Assembly: GCF_007827955.1 (NCBI RefSeq)
Contig: NZ_VITR01000004.1
Location: 135,099 to 199,098 of the forward strand
DNA: 64,000 bases
Origin: Nitrospirillum amazonense
Lineage (GTDB): Bacteria; Pseudomonadota; Alphaproteobacteria; Azospirillales; Azospirillaceae
Reading direction: 5' to 3'
This document shows positions 25,485 to 36,746 of the stretch, in pieces. The notes beneath the pieces are model-generated. The model did no database searches, had not been told where the DNA came from, and saw nothing but the letters and a program-made list of their open reading frames with translations. A program made the position numbers and the translations under genes. Within the stretch, counting starts at the first letter, position 1. Every line of letters starts with the position of its first letter.

Positions 25485-25548
25485 GGCGCTGTTATCGTCT
25501 CTCGCCGCCCTAAATAATAAACCGACAGCCGTTAGCCGGAGAGTTGCC

Positions 25549-27101
<1,553 letters not shown>

Positions 27102-27102
<1 letters not shown>

Positions 27103-27947
27103 TGCCCGACGGTGTGTCCCAAAAGGCTTTCCTGATCGACAGCCACTGCCACCTGGACTTCCCCGACTTCGTGGAACAGCGCGATGCGGTGGTGGAGCGG
27201 GCACGGGCGGCGGGGGTCGGCGCCATGCTGACCATCTGCACCCACCTCAGCCGCTTTCCCCAGGTGCACGCGGTGGCGCAGGCCTATCCCGACGTCTGGT
27301 GCACGGTGGGCGTCCACCCCCACCAGGCGCTGGAGGAGCAGGATCTGTGCACGGTTGAAAAGCTGCGCGAGCTGGCGGCCTACCCCAAGGTCGTCGGCCT
27401 GGGCGAGACCGGCCTGGACTATTACTACAACAAGAGCCCGCAGGAGGTTCAGGAGGCCAGCTTCCGCGCCCACCTGATCGTGGCGCGCGAAACCGGCCTG
27501 CCGGTGGTCATCCATACCCGCGACGCGGATGAGGACATGATCCGCATCCTGCGGGAGGAGGGCGGGGCCGAGGGCAAGCTGCGCGGGCTTCTGCATTGCT
27601 TCAGCTCCTCTCCCGAGCTGGGGCGCCAGGCGCTGGAGATGGGGCTGCATATCTCCTTCAGCGGCATCGTCACCTTCAAGAAGTCGGATGAGCTGCGGGA
27701 GTTCGCCCGGGAAGTCCCGCTGGACCGCATGCTGGTGGAGACCGACGCGCCCTTCCTGGCGCCGGTCCCGCTGCGCGGCAAGACCAATGAGCCGTCCTTC
27801 GTGGCCCACACCGCCCGTTTGCTGGCGGAGGTGAAGGGCATGGACCCGGCCGAGTTGGCACGGGCCACCACCACCACCATGCTGACCCTGTTCGACCGCA
27901 TCCCGCCGGCCGAGTGCGGCACCCTCACCACAGGATTCCCGGCGTGA
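27102..27947 (+). CDS. tatD: TatD family hydrolase
   Basis: LIDSHCHLDFPDF metal-binding start. Start ATG overlaps the metG stop. Confidence 0.9.
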
Positions 27948-27955
27948 GGGACGGC

Positions 27956-28723
27956 ATGCGGGTGCGCATCCTGGGCTGCGGCGGGTCCGGCGGCGTGCCC
28001 ATGATCGGCAACGTCTGGGGCGATTGCGACCCGAATGAGCCGCGCAACCGCCGCCGCCGCGCCTCCATCCTGGTGGAGACGGACGACACCACGGTGCTGA
28101 TCGACACCGGGCCGGAGATGCGGGAGCAGTTGCTGGACGCCCGTGTCACCCGCATCGACGCCGTGGTCTACACCCACGCGCACGCCGATCATGCCCATGG
28201 CATCGACGATTTGCGGCAGGTCAACTGGATGAACCACCAGCCACTGCCCATCTATGCCGACGCGGTGAACCTGGGGCAGTTGCAGGAGCGTTTCGACTAT
28301 TGCTTCAAGCCGCAGGACCGGCCGGACTGGTTCCCGCGCCCCTGCCTGGTGCCGCATACCATCACCGGCCCCTTCACCATCGGCGATCTCACCTTCATCC
28401 CGTTCCACCAGGACCATGGGCGGATACCCAGCCTGGGCTTCCGCATCGGCGATTTCGCCTATTCCACGGACGTGGTGCATCTGGATGAGAGGGCCTGGCG
28501 GGTGCTCGAGGGCGTGGACACCTGGATTGTCGACGCCACCCGCATCGAGCCGCACCCGGTGCATGCCCACCTGGATCTGGCGCTCAGTTGGATCGAGCGG
28601 TTGAAGCCCCGGCGCGCCTATCTCACCCACATGAACCACCAGATGGACTATTGCACCCTGATGGCGGCCCTGCCACCCGGGGTGGAACCGGCCTATGACG
28701 GCCTGGTGCTGGAGATGGCGTGA
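27956..28723 (+). CDS. MBL-fold metallo-hydrolase
   Basis: HxHxDH motif (YTHAHADHAHGIDDL), Gly-rich start MRVRILGCGGSGGVP. Occupies the conserved position after tatD. Confidence 0.8.
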   Translation: MRVRILGCGGSGGVPMIGNVWGDCDPNEPRNRRRRASILVETDDTTVLIDTGPEMREQLLDARVTRIDAVVYTHAHADHAHGIDDLRQVNWMNHQPLPIYADAVNLGQLQERFDYCFKPQDRPDWFPRPCLVPHTITGPFTIGDLTFIPFHQDHGRIPSLGFRIGDFAYSTDVVHLDERAWRVLEGVDTWIVDATRIEPHPVHAHLDLALSWIERLKPRRAYLTHMNHQMDYCTLMAALPPGVEPAYDGLVLEMA

Positions 28724-28757
28724 ACCATCCGGCACCAGACCGCCGTCAGGCGCCGTT

Positions 28758-30410
28758 TTAGTATGCGACCTGGGCGCGGAAGCCCACGGCCTGGTAACGC
28801 AGGCCGGTTTGGTTCTGCAGCGTGGCGCCGCTGAGCTTGCTGACATCCACGATCTGGTAGTCCGCCATGAACTTCAGATGGTCGTTCGGATACCAGTTCA
28901 GCCCGACCTGGATGACGTCCTGCTGGCCGCCCGCCACGCCGCCGGTCACCGATTGGGCCAGGAAGCGCTGGACATGGCTGTTCAGGTTGATGTCGCTGTA
29001 GCGGGCCGCCAATTCCAGCGCACCCCAGTCATTGGTCTCGGGATTGAACGGGTGGGCGACCTTGAGCCCGCCGAAACCGCCGCGCGCCGACTGGTACAGG
29101 CGCGGCTCGCCCGTCAGCACCCAGGACGCGTCCACATAGGCGCCTTGGAAGGTGAGGTCGGGCGTCTGGCTGGCGCCGCCCAGGCCAGCCCCGGCCTGAT
29201 GCTGGCGGTTGATTCCGATCTCCACATACTCCGCCTGGACCAGGAAGTTCTGGTAGCGCAGGCCCACTTCCGGGTTCCAGGTGTAGACGCCCGTCGCCGG
29301 CATGGACCCGGTGTTGATCAGCTTGCTGGTGTCCACCCGCAATTCCGGCTGCACCGACAGGGCCAGGTTCTGCGCCAGCCGGTTGCTGTCGTTCTGGTTC
29401 ATGCTGAACACCTTGGACCCGCTGAAGCCCAGGTGGACGTCATAATCCTCGCCATAGACCGGGCGGCCCGCCACACGCATCACGGCACCCGTCTGCTGGC
29501 CATTGGAGGGCTGGGTGGTGGAGATGGCGGTGGTGACCGATCCGGTGCTGCCGATGGATGAGGTCGCGGTGGTGGTGGACTGGCCGCCATAGGCCTGGCC
29601 CGTCAGGAAGCCGGAGACGAAGAAGCGATCCTGGTAATAGCGGGCGCCCACGGCGGCGCGGGCGTCGCCGGCGGCGATATTGCGCTCCACATCCATGATG
29701 GCCGGGCGTTCCATGAACATGAAGTCGTTGGAACTGGGTGCGTCCTGCAGGCTGATGTTGGGTTGCAAATACCCCAGCGCCGCCGTGAAACCCTTGAACG
29801 GCATATAGGCCAGGTTGGCCTCATACAGGTATTGCGTGTTCTGGCGCCCGTCCGGCGATCCGCCGAAGTCCGGCGTGACGGTCGCCGTCACATCGCCATA
29901 GCGGAAGACGAAGGGAATGCGGATACGGCGGGCGTTGACGCCATCGCCCAAATCCACGCCCGAGCGCTTCACGCTGGCGTTGTCTTCGAAATAGGCGGCC
30001 GCGTCGAACTGCGCCTGCAAGCCGATCTGCAGCGTGCCCTTGCCGCCGAACGCGGTGAAGGTGGGGCGGCCACCTGCCATGGTGAAGCTGCCGTTGTCGC
30101 CGCTGCTGGCCTCCAGCTTGGCGATGGTCTTGGCCTGGGTGGCCGCCTGCGCCGCGACCTGTTCCGCCTGGACCTTGGTTTCCGCCTGCGCCTTGGCGTC
30201 GGCGGCCTCGCGCGCCTCCAGTGCGTCCAATCGGGCCTGGATGGCCTGGCTGACCTTCATCTGCGCCTCCAATTGGGCGCGCAGCCGTTGCACCTCTTGC
30301 GTGGCCGTCTCTGCCGCATGAGCTGGCAGGCCGGCCATCAGGCCGCAGGCGGCGGTGAGCAGGAACACGCCGGTTCGCCCGGGCCGGGACGTCCGCGTTT
30401 GCTTCGACAT
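28758..30410 (-). CDS. OprO/OprP-family (phosphate-selective-like) porin with N-terminal coiled-coil
   Basis: Signal peptide (MSKQTRTSRPGRTGVFLLTAACGLMAGLPAHA). About 60 aa of Ala/Gln/Glu coiled-coil. A long beta-barrel ending in aromatic ...FRAQVAY. Composition and length fit Porin_O_P. ATG at 30410. Confidence 0.65.
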   Translation of the reverse strand: MSKQTRTSRPGRTGVFLLTAACGLMAGLPAHAAETATQEVQRLRAQLEAQMKVSQAIQARLDALEAREAADAKAQAETKVQAEQVAAQAATQAKTIAKLEASSGDNGSFTMAGGRPTFTAFGGKGTLQIGLQAQFDAAAYFEDNASVKRSGVDLGDGVNARRIRIPFVFRYGDVTATVTPDFGGSPDGRQNTQYLYEANLAYMPFKGFTAALGYLQPNISLQDAPSSNDFMFMERPAIMDVERNIAAGDARAAVGARYYQDRFFVSGFLTGQAYGGQSTTTATSSIGSTGSVTTAISTTQPSNGQQTGAVMRVAGRPVYGEDYDVHLGFSGSKVFSMNQNDSNRLAQNLALSVQPELRVDTSKLINTGSMPATGVYTWNPEVGLRYQNFLVQAEYVEIGINRQHQAGAGLGGASQTPDLTFQGAYVDASWVLTGEPRLYQSARGGFGGLKVAHPFNPETNDWGALELAARYSDINLNSHVQRFLAQSVTGGVAGGQQDVIQVGLNWYPNDHLKFMADYQIVDVSKLSGATLQNQTGLRYQAVGFRAQVAY

Positions 30411-30563
30411 TTTGAGTAACCCTTCATCTGTATTCGATCGCACCTGATCGGGATGCAGGGTCAATTCTAGGCGCTATATTTATATCTTTATTGCGTCAAC
30501 CTGATAGTATTTCATGATCGGTCGATAACTGAATCTGAATATTGGTGGGTTCAGATGTTGTGG

Positions 30564-30589
30564 ATATCGAAATACTCTGTTTTCGATAT
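30564..30589. promoter_or_regulatory. Perfect 9-bp inverted repeat ATATCGAAA-N8-TTTCGATAT in porin/flotillin divergent intergenic region
   Basis: Seen directly: tggATATCGAAAtactctgtTTTCGATATggg in an AT-rich patch. It has the geometry of a dimeric transcription-factor operator. Confidence 0.3.
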
Positions 30590-31016
30590 GGGTCAAGGTC
30601 AATCAGCCTGGCAGACTCCAATCGTCCGCCTTGTCCACGGCAACCGGTATGCGTGGCGCGCGGTGCTGGGCAAAAATGCCAGCATTGCGAGTGTGCGTTG
30701 TGTCACACCGCCGTCATGGTAAAATCCCTGCCATCGACAAACGGTTCGGGTGCCCAAGAATGCGGCGGTCCGGTTCCTGTTTCCTCAGCCCGCGGCGCCT
30801 CAACGCCGCCCTCGGCTTCCGTGTCTAAGGCTACATAATCCTCCCATGAGCCAGCGCCGCCCCTGACACCGGCGGCACCCTGACGCATCCCCCCATTCCC
30901 ATTCCGCCCTGCGCATGCCCTTGACCCTGGGTGTTCGCTGACGGCGGTGCCGCGCCCGGACCCCGTCACGGATCCGGACCGGGCGCCCGCATCATGATCC
31001 GTCGAACGAGGCTTCC

Positions 31017-32984
31017 ATGCTGGAGTTCCCTTCCTGGGCGCTGCCCACGCTGTATGTCGTGGGCACCGTCCTTGGTGTGCTGGTCCTGGCGTTTACAACG
31101 GGCGCTGTTGTCTACATCCGTAACGACGCCGTGGGCGTGGTCGAGAAACTGTGGGCCCTGGGCGGCTCGGTCGAGGAAGGTTTCCTCGCCCTGGGTGGAG
31201 AGGCCGGCTTTCGGCCCGAGACCCTGCGCGGCGGCTTTCATTTCTTCATGCCGCTACAATACCGCGTGCACCGCGCCAATCTGGTGACCGTCCCCCAGGG
31301 CAGCCTGGCCTATCTCTTTGCCCGTGGTGGCCAGCCCCTACCCAACGCGCAGGCCCTTGCCCGCTGGCCCACCGGGGTGGGGGTGGAAAACGCCCGCGCC
31401 TTCGTCAGCCAAGGCGGCCAGCGCGGCCCCCAGCGCCGCATCCTGCGGGAGGGTGTCTACGCCATCAACACGGCCCAGTTCATCGTGTTCACGGAATCCG
31501 CCACCCATGCCGTCACCCTGGGCGACGCCAGCGATGTGCGGGCGGTGGAGACGATGCGCCAGTTGATCGAGGAGCGTAACGGTTTCCGCCCGCTGATCAT
31601 CCGCGACCATGAGGACGCGGTGGGTGTGGTCACCGTCCACGACGGCCCGGCCCTGGATCATGGCGAAATCATCGCCCCCACCGTGGGTACGCATGCCGCC
31701 GATGGGGCCACCTTCCACAACTCCTTCCAGGATCCGGAAACCTTTCTGGCGGCGGGCGGCCGCCGGGGCCGGCAGGAGCAGGTGCTGGTGGAGGGCACCT
31801 ACTACATCAACCGTCTGTTCGCGACCATCGAGGTGCGACCCAAGACACTGGTGGAAATCGGCAATGTCGGCGTGGTCGTTAGCTTCACCGGCCCGCGGGG
31901 CACTGACGTCTCCGGCTCCGACCACAAGCATGGCGAGCTGGTGGCCCAGGGCCAGCGCGGTGTCTGGCAGACGCCCCTGCATCCCGGCAAGTACGCCATC
32001 AACCCCTATGCCGTGAAGGTCAGCACGGTGCCGACCACCAACTTCGTCCTGCGGTGGATCGAAGGTCGCAGCGAGGCCCATGGCTTCGACGATAACCTGG
32101 CGGAGATCAAGCTGATCACCAAGGACGCGTTCGAGCCGGTGCTGCCCCTGTCCATCGTCGTGCACATCGGCTACGACGACGCCCCCTGGGTGGTGCAACA
32201 GTTCGCGGACATCAAGAAGCTGGTTGAACAGACCCTCGATCCCATGGTCAGCGCCTGGTTCAAGGACGCCGCCCAAAGCCGCACCCTGATCGAGCTGGTG
32301 AACCAGCGCGCCGAGGTGCAGCGGGAAGCCCTGGCGGCCATGAGCGCCCGGTTCGCCAAGTACCGCCTGAACGTGAAGGAGGTGATGATCGGCACGCCGC
32401 GCGCGGCCAAGAACGACACCCACATCGACACCATCTTCGAGCAGCTGCGTGCCCGCCAGGTCGCCCGGGAAAAGGTGGAAACGTATGAAAGCCAGCAGGT
32501 GGCGGCGGCCAAGGAGCTGGAACTGCGCGCCGCCGAGGCGCGGGCGGCGGCCCAGGGCGACCTGACCAAGTCGGCCGTGTCGATCGAGGTGGCGCAGAAC
32601 CACGGTCGTGCCGAGCTGGCCCGCAAGACCCAGGAGGCGGAGGCGACCAAGGTTATGGCCGAGGCGACCGCGATGCGCACCCGCACCGAGGGCCGCGCCG
32701 AGGCCGACCGCGTGGCCGCCATCGGTGACGCCAACGCCCAGGCCGCCAAGGCCCAGGTCGACGCCTTCGGCGGGGCGGAGATGGCCCTGTCCAAGGAGGT
32801 CGCCGCCATGCTGAGCGGGGCCATCACCCAGGCCAAGGTGCCGTTGGTGCCCACCGTGGCCATGGGCGGCGCCGAGGGGGGGCATGGCACCCTGGTGGAT
32901 GCGCTGGTCAGCCTGCTGATGGCCCAGGGCGGGCTGGACACCTTGGTGAAGCAGCGGGGCAAGCAGCCGGAGACGGCGGCCTAA
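31017..32984 (+). CDS. Flotillin-like SPFH/band-7 domain membrane protein (YqiK-like)
   Basis: N-terminal TM helix, SPFH-like core, and a long C-terminal Ala/Glu/Arg/Gln-rich coiled-coil (AEARAAAQGDLTKS...EAEATKVMAEATAMRTRTEGRAEADRVAAIGDANAQAAKAQVD) typical of bacterial flotillins. Confidence 0.6.
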   Translation: MLEFPSWALPTLYVVGTVLGVLVLAFTTGAVVYIRNDAVGVVEKLWALGGSVEEGFLALGGEAGFRPETLRGGFHFFMPLQYRVHRANLVTVPQGSLAYLFARGGQPLPNAQALARWPTGVGVENARAFVSQGGQRGPQRRILREGVYAINTAQFIVFTESATHAVTLGDASDVRAVETMRQLIEERNGFRPLIIRDHEDAVGVVTVHDGPALDHGEIIAPTVGTHAADGATFHNSFQDPETFLAAGGRRGRQEQVLVEGTYYINRLFATIEVRPKTLVEIGNVGVVVSFTGPRGTDVSGSDHKHGELVAQGQRGVWQTPLHPGKYAINPYAVKVSTVPTTNFVLRWIEGRSEAHGFDDNLAEIKLITKDAFEPVLPLSIVVHIGYDDAPWVVQQFADIKKLVEQTLDPMVSAWFKDAAQSRTLIELVNQRAEVQREALAAMSARFAKYRLNVKEVMIGTPRAAKNDTHIDTIFEQLRARQVAREKVETYESQQVAAAKELELRAAEARAAAQGDLTKSAVSIEVAQNHGRAELARKTQEAEATKVMAEATAMRTRTEGRAEADRVAAIGDANAQAAKAQVDAFGGAEMALSKEVAAMLSGAITQAKVPLVPTVAMGGAEGGHGTLVDALVSLLMAQGGLDTLVKQRGKQPETAA

Positions 32985-32995
32985 GCTCTGAAGCT

Positions 32996-33343
32996 TCAGG
33001 AAGGCCGGGTCGGAAACGATCCGGCCTTTCGGCCTGTGGGGCGAAGGTCCGGCGCCTCACCCCACAGGCCCGGCTTCTTGGCGGATGACGGCGCCTTCAC
33101 TCCCAGGGGCCACAGCATGGCGAAGACCAGGAACCATCCCGTCGCCCCGGCCGCCAGCACGCAGAATACCGCGAAGGGCGGCATGTAGCGCAGGAGCGTG
33201 AAGGCCATATACAACACCGCCAACAGGATCAGCCACATCAGGGGCTCGAAATAGAAAATCCACGCCAGGAAAGTCCACTTGGAATAAACCTCCGCCCCGC
33301 AGTTCGGGCAGACGAAGGGCTTGGACTTTGTCATGTTCGCCAT
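32996..33343 (-). CDS. Small membrane protein with N-terminal CxxC zinc-ribbon (116 aa)
   Basis: MANMTKSKPFVCPNCGAEVYSKW followed by two hydrophobic helices. ATG at 33343. The upstream extension in the track ORF is ignored. Confidence 0.4.
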   Translation of the reverse strand: MANMTKSKPFVCPNCGAEVYSKWTFLAWIFYFEPLMWLILLAVLYMAFTLLRYMPPFAVFCVLAAGATGWFLVFAMLWPLGVKAPSSAKKPGLWGEAPDLRPTGRKAGSFPTRPS

Positions 33344-33654
33344 GGGTGGGACCGTATGCTTATGGCATGCGGGACAGGGGCGGGGCGGCATCAGGGGCAT
33401 GGCCAGAACCCGAAAAGCTGCTAGGTATACCGCCATTACCGGCGGCGTCTCCATCAAGCTATGGCGGGAAGACGCCCTGTCCAGGACCACCTATGCAGAG
33501 TGCAGGGTCATCCGCTTGCCAATCCCCGGGGTGCGGCACTTTCCACCCCTGCGAATTGGCCATGCCCGCAAATTGGGCCGGGTGTCGCGGAAATGACTTC
33601 TAACCCGGGTATGGTCCGCCCATCCTTGATGGTCCCGAAAAAGCAGGGTCTTAG

Positions 33655-35022
33655 ATGCGACACTCCCATTCCCTCCGCCGCCGTTTGTCCCTGGCCGCCG
33701 TCTTTGTTTTCGCGGTCCAGCCGGCCGCCTGGGCGTGGAGCAACCACACACTTTGCACCTGGCCGGCGGTGGAGGCCATGCCCCAAGTGGCCGGCCACAG
33801 CGTGCCGGCGGAGTCGCTGACCGGCTTCCTGGCCAAGGAGACGGCGGCCCTGCCGGCGGTGCTGGCGGAGGAGGAGCGCTGGGCCCAGGCCAATGTTCCC
33901 TTCTATGCCTCCCGGCCGGACGCGCTGGCCTTCGCGGTGGCGGCGGATGCGGACGCGGCGGCGCTGAAGCGGGCCTTCGTCCATGCCATCCGCGTGAACG
34001 AGGACGTGCCCTTCGCGCTGTACCTGCAACGCCAGCCCGGCACCAGCGCGACCGTGGGGCGCGAGATGACCTGGCCGGATCTCAGCATTCTGAAGGACCC
34101 GGAGGACGCGGATCTGAGGCAGATGGAGCGGGTGGAGGAGGGGGAGGCGGTGCCGATTGCCGATGTCATCGCCACGGCGTCGAACGAGCCAGACTTCGGC
34201 CTGGACATCGGCCTGTTCCAGGACAACGGCCAGAACCAGGGCAAGCTCTACGCCTTCGGGACGCAGCCCTTCGGCAACCCGTTGCTGGACTATGGTAGTC
34301 AGGCGCCCTTCCACATGGGTTTCTATCATGAGGCCGGCATCCTCTATAAGGCGGCGCCCTACCTGCAGCACACCTATCCGGAGGCGCGGGTCCACCTCTA
34401 CATGACCCTGTCGCGCTTCGCCTTCTCGTCGGGCCACCCCTATTGGGGCTGGCGTTTCGCCGGCTGGGCCATCCATTACGTCCAGGACATGGCGCAGCCC
34501 TATCACGCCCGTGTCCTGCCGGGCGTGAGCGTACCGTCCATGCTGTGGACCAGCGTGCTGGACATGGCGGGCATCCACGGTCCCAAGATAGCCGCCCTGA
34601 ACCGGGTGACCAACCGCCACACCGCGCTGGAGAATTACCAAAAGAACCGCATGACAGCGGCGTATGAGCAGGGTGACAAGGCTGATCCCCTGCTGGCGGC
34701 GCTGCGCGACACCCGTGGCGACGCCAGCTTGGAAAAGGTGCAAGCGGCGGATCTGCTGGGCGCCATCAGCACGCAATCGGTGGCCGTGGCCGACACGCTG
34801 GACGCCCAATTGGAGCGCACCTTTCCGCCCCGCTATGTCTCCGACGCCGCCACCAATCTGGATGGCAAGGCCGCGAACCTCTATATCCTGTCGCGCCAGG
34901 CGCCGGCGGCCGACCAAGCCAAACTGGCGGACCTGGTCGCTGACCGCATGCGCCAGGCGGGCCGGGACACGCGGGCCGTCATCCGCGCCGTGGCGCCGGA
35001 AGCCACGGCTGCCGCGCGCTGA
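33655..35022 (+). CDS. Secreted zinc-dependent phospholipase C / S1-P1 nuclease superfamily protein
   Basis: Signal peptide ending AWA, then mature N-terminal Trp (WSNH). Motif GWAIHYVQDMAQPYHA matches the conserved HYxGDxxQPxHA zinc-ligand block of Bacillus cereus PLC and clostridial alpha-toxin. Confidence 0.55.
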   Translation: MRHSHSLRRRLSLAAVFVFAVQPAAWAWSNHTLCTWPAVEAMPQVAGHSVPAESLTGFLAKETAALPAVLAEEERWAQANVPFYASRPDALAFAVAADADAAALKRAFVHAIRVNEDVPFALYLQRQPGTSATVGREMTWPDLSILKDPEDADLRQMERVEEGEAVPIADVIATASNEPDFGLDIGLFQDNGQNQGKLYAFGTQPFGNPLLDYGSQAPFHMGFYHEAGILYKAAPYLQHTYPEARVHLYMTLSRFAFSSGHPYWGWRFAGWAIHYVQDMAQPYHARVLPGVSVPSMLWTSVLDMAGIHGPKIAALNRVTNRHTALENYQKNRMTAAYEQGDKADPLLAALRDTRGDASLEKVQAADLLGAISTQSVAVADTLDAQLERTFPPRYVSDAATNLDGKAANLYILSRQAPAADQAKLADLVADRMRQAGRDTRAVIRAVAPEATAAAR

Positions 35023-35050
35023 GACGGATCACCCCACGACGTGGCCGCCG

Positions 35051-36475
35051 TCAGCTGCGGCCATAGCTGTCTTCCAGGCGGACGATGTCATCCTCGCCCA
35101 GATAGGGTCCGGACTGGACCTCGATCAGGTTCAGGGGGATCTTGCCCGCGTTCTCCAGCCGGTGGGTGCATCCCAGCGGCAGGTAGATGGATTCATTTTC
35201 CCGGACGAGTTGGGTTTCGCCATCGCGGGTGACCGTGGCGGTACCGTTCACCACGACCCAATGTTCCGATCGGTGGAAATGCTTTTGCAGGGACAGCTTG
35301 TGGCCCGGGTTCACGGTCAGCCGCTTCACCTGGAACCGCTCCCCTTCATGCAGGGTCTGATAAAAGCCCCAGGGGCGATAGACGCGCGGGCGGGTCAGCG
35401 CTTCGCGGCGGTTGTCCTTCTTCAGGGTGGCGACGATGCCTTTCAGCCCATCCAGACGGTCCTTGTTGGCCACCAGCACCGCATCCGGCGTGGTGACCAC
35501 GATGACGTTCTCCATGCCCAGCACGGTGGTCAGGACGCCATCGGTACGCACGTAGCTGCCTTGGGTATCGTGCAGCACCACGTCGCCGTGCAGGCAATTG
35601 CCCCTGTCGTCCACGGGCAGAACCTCCATCAGCGACTTCCAGGAGCCGACGTCGCTCCACCCGATGCTGCACGGCACGACCGCGGCACGGCGGGTCCGGG
35701 CGAACAGGGCGTCGTCGATGGAGATGGACGGCGCCTTGGCGAAACTGTCCGGGTCCAGGCGCTGGAAATCCAGATCCTTCGCCCGCTTGTCCACGGCTTG
35801 GCGCACCGCGTCGATCAGCGCGGGCTCAAACTCGCCCAACTCTTCGATCAGGCGGTCGGCGCGAAAGAGGAACATGCCGCTGTTCCAGAGGTGCTGGCCG
35901 CCCGCCAGATAACCTTCTGCGACGGCCCGGTCGGGCTTTTCCACGAACTCCGCCACCGTGAAGGCGCCTTGCGCGCCATCCAGCGCGTCGCCCTTGCGGA
36001 TATAGCCGTAGCCGGTTTCAGCCCGCGTCGCCTCGATGCCGAACGTGACGAAAGCGCCATCGAGCGCGGCGGGGATCGCCTTTCGCAGGGCGTCCCGCCA
36101 TGCCGCCTCATCCACGATCCAATGGTCGGCCGGCAGCACAAGCAACAGCCGCTCAGGCTTGGTCGTGGCCGCCACCAGGGCCGCGGCGGCGATGGCTGGC
36201 GCCGTGTTGCGGGCCACCGGCTCCAGGAACAGGCTGTCCAGCCCGATCCCCAGGTGGCGGGCCTGCTCCGCCACCACAAAGCGGTGCTCGTGGCTGGCGA
36301 TGACTATCGCCGGGTCCAGGCCCGCCTCATGACAGCGGCGCAAGGTCCGCTGCAACAGCGACACCTCATCAACCAGGGGCAGGAATTGCTTGGGATAGAG
36401 CTCCCGGGACAGGGGCCAAAGCCGCGTGCCGGAACCGCCGGACAGAATCAGCGGAAGTATCTGCGCCTGGTCCAT
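35051..36475 (-). CDS. manC: Mannose-1-phosphate guanylyltransferase / mannose-6-phosphate isomerase (type II PMI-GMP)
   Basis: N-terminal ILSGGSGTRLWPLSRELYPKQF nucleotidyltransferase motif. C-terminal cupin (QKHFHRSEHWVVVNGTA). ATG at 36475. Confidence 0.9.
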   Translation of the reverse strand: MDQAQILPLILSGGSGTRLWPLSRELYPKQFLPLVDEVSLLQRTLRRCHEAGLDPAIVIASHEHRFVVAEQARHLGIGLDSLFLEPVARNTAPAIAAAALVAATTKPERLLLVLPADHWIVDEAAWRDALRKAIPAALDGAFVTFGIEATRAETGYGYIRKGDALDGAQGAFTVAEFVEKPDRAVAEGYLAGGQHLWNSGMFLFRADRLIEELGEFEPALIDAVRQAVDKRAKDLDFQRLDPDSFAKAPSISIDDALFARTRRAAVVPCSIGWSDVGSWKSLMEVLPVDDRGNCLHGDVVLHDTQGSYVRTDGVLTTVLGMENVIVVTTPDAVLVANKDRLDGLKGIVATLKKDNRREALTRPRVYRPWGFYQTLHEGERFQVKRLTVNPGHKLSLQKHFHRSEHWVVVNGTATVTRDGETQLVRENESIYLPLGCTHRLENAGKIPLNLIEVQSGPYLGEDDIVRLEDSYGRS

Positions 36476-36746
36476 GACACCCCTCGAAACAGAGTCACCG
36501 TCGCATGCCACATTCGGCCCGCTGGAGGAAGCGAACCGATGATTCAATCGGGGCTTCCCCTTTGCCAACGGCAAAAACGCACATACTCAACCAGCCGCAC
36601 CTGAACTGGGCCTGGAACCGGCGTCCGTCGTTCCAGTTCCTGAACAATCATTTCCGGATTACGGACCTCCTCGCCAACCCTGCCGGGCGGTATTGCTTAA
36701 CCCAAGGGCGGCCCACAGGCGCCAGCCCGGGATCACGGAGAAGACC

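Noticed and set aside
30410-30560. Pho box upstream of the OprO/P-type porin
   Set aside because: Searched the porin 5' region for CTGTCAT-type direct repeats on either strand and found none. Phosphate regulation is therefore unsupported by sequence.
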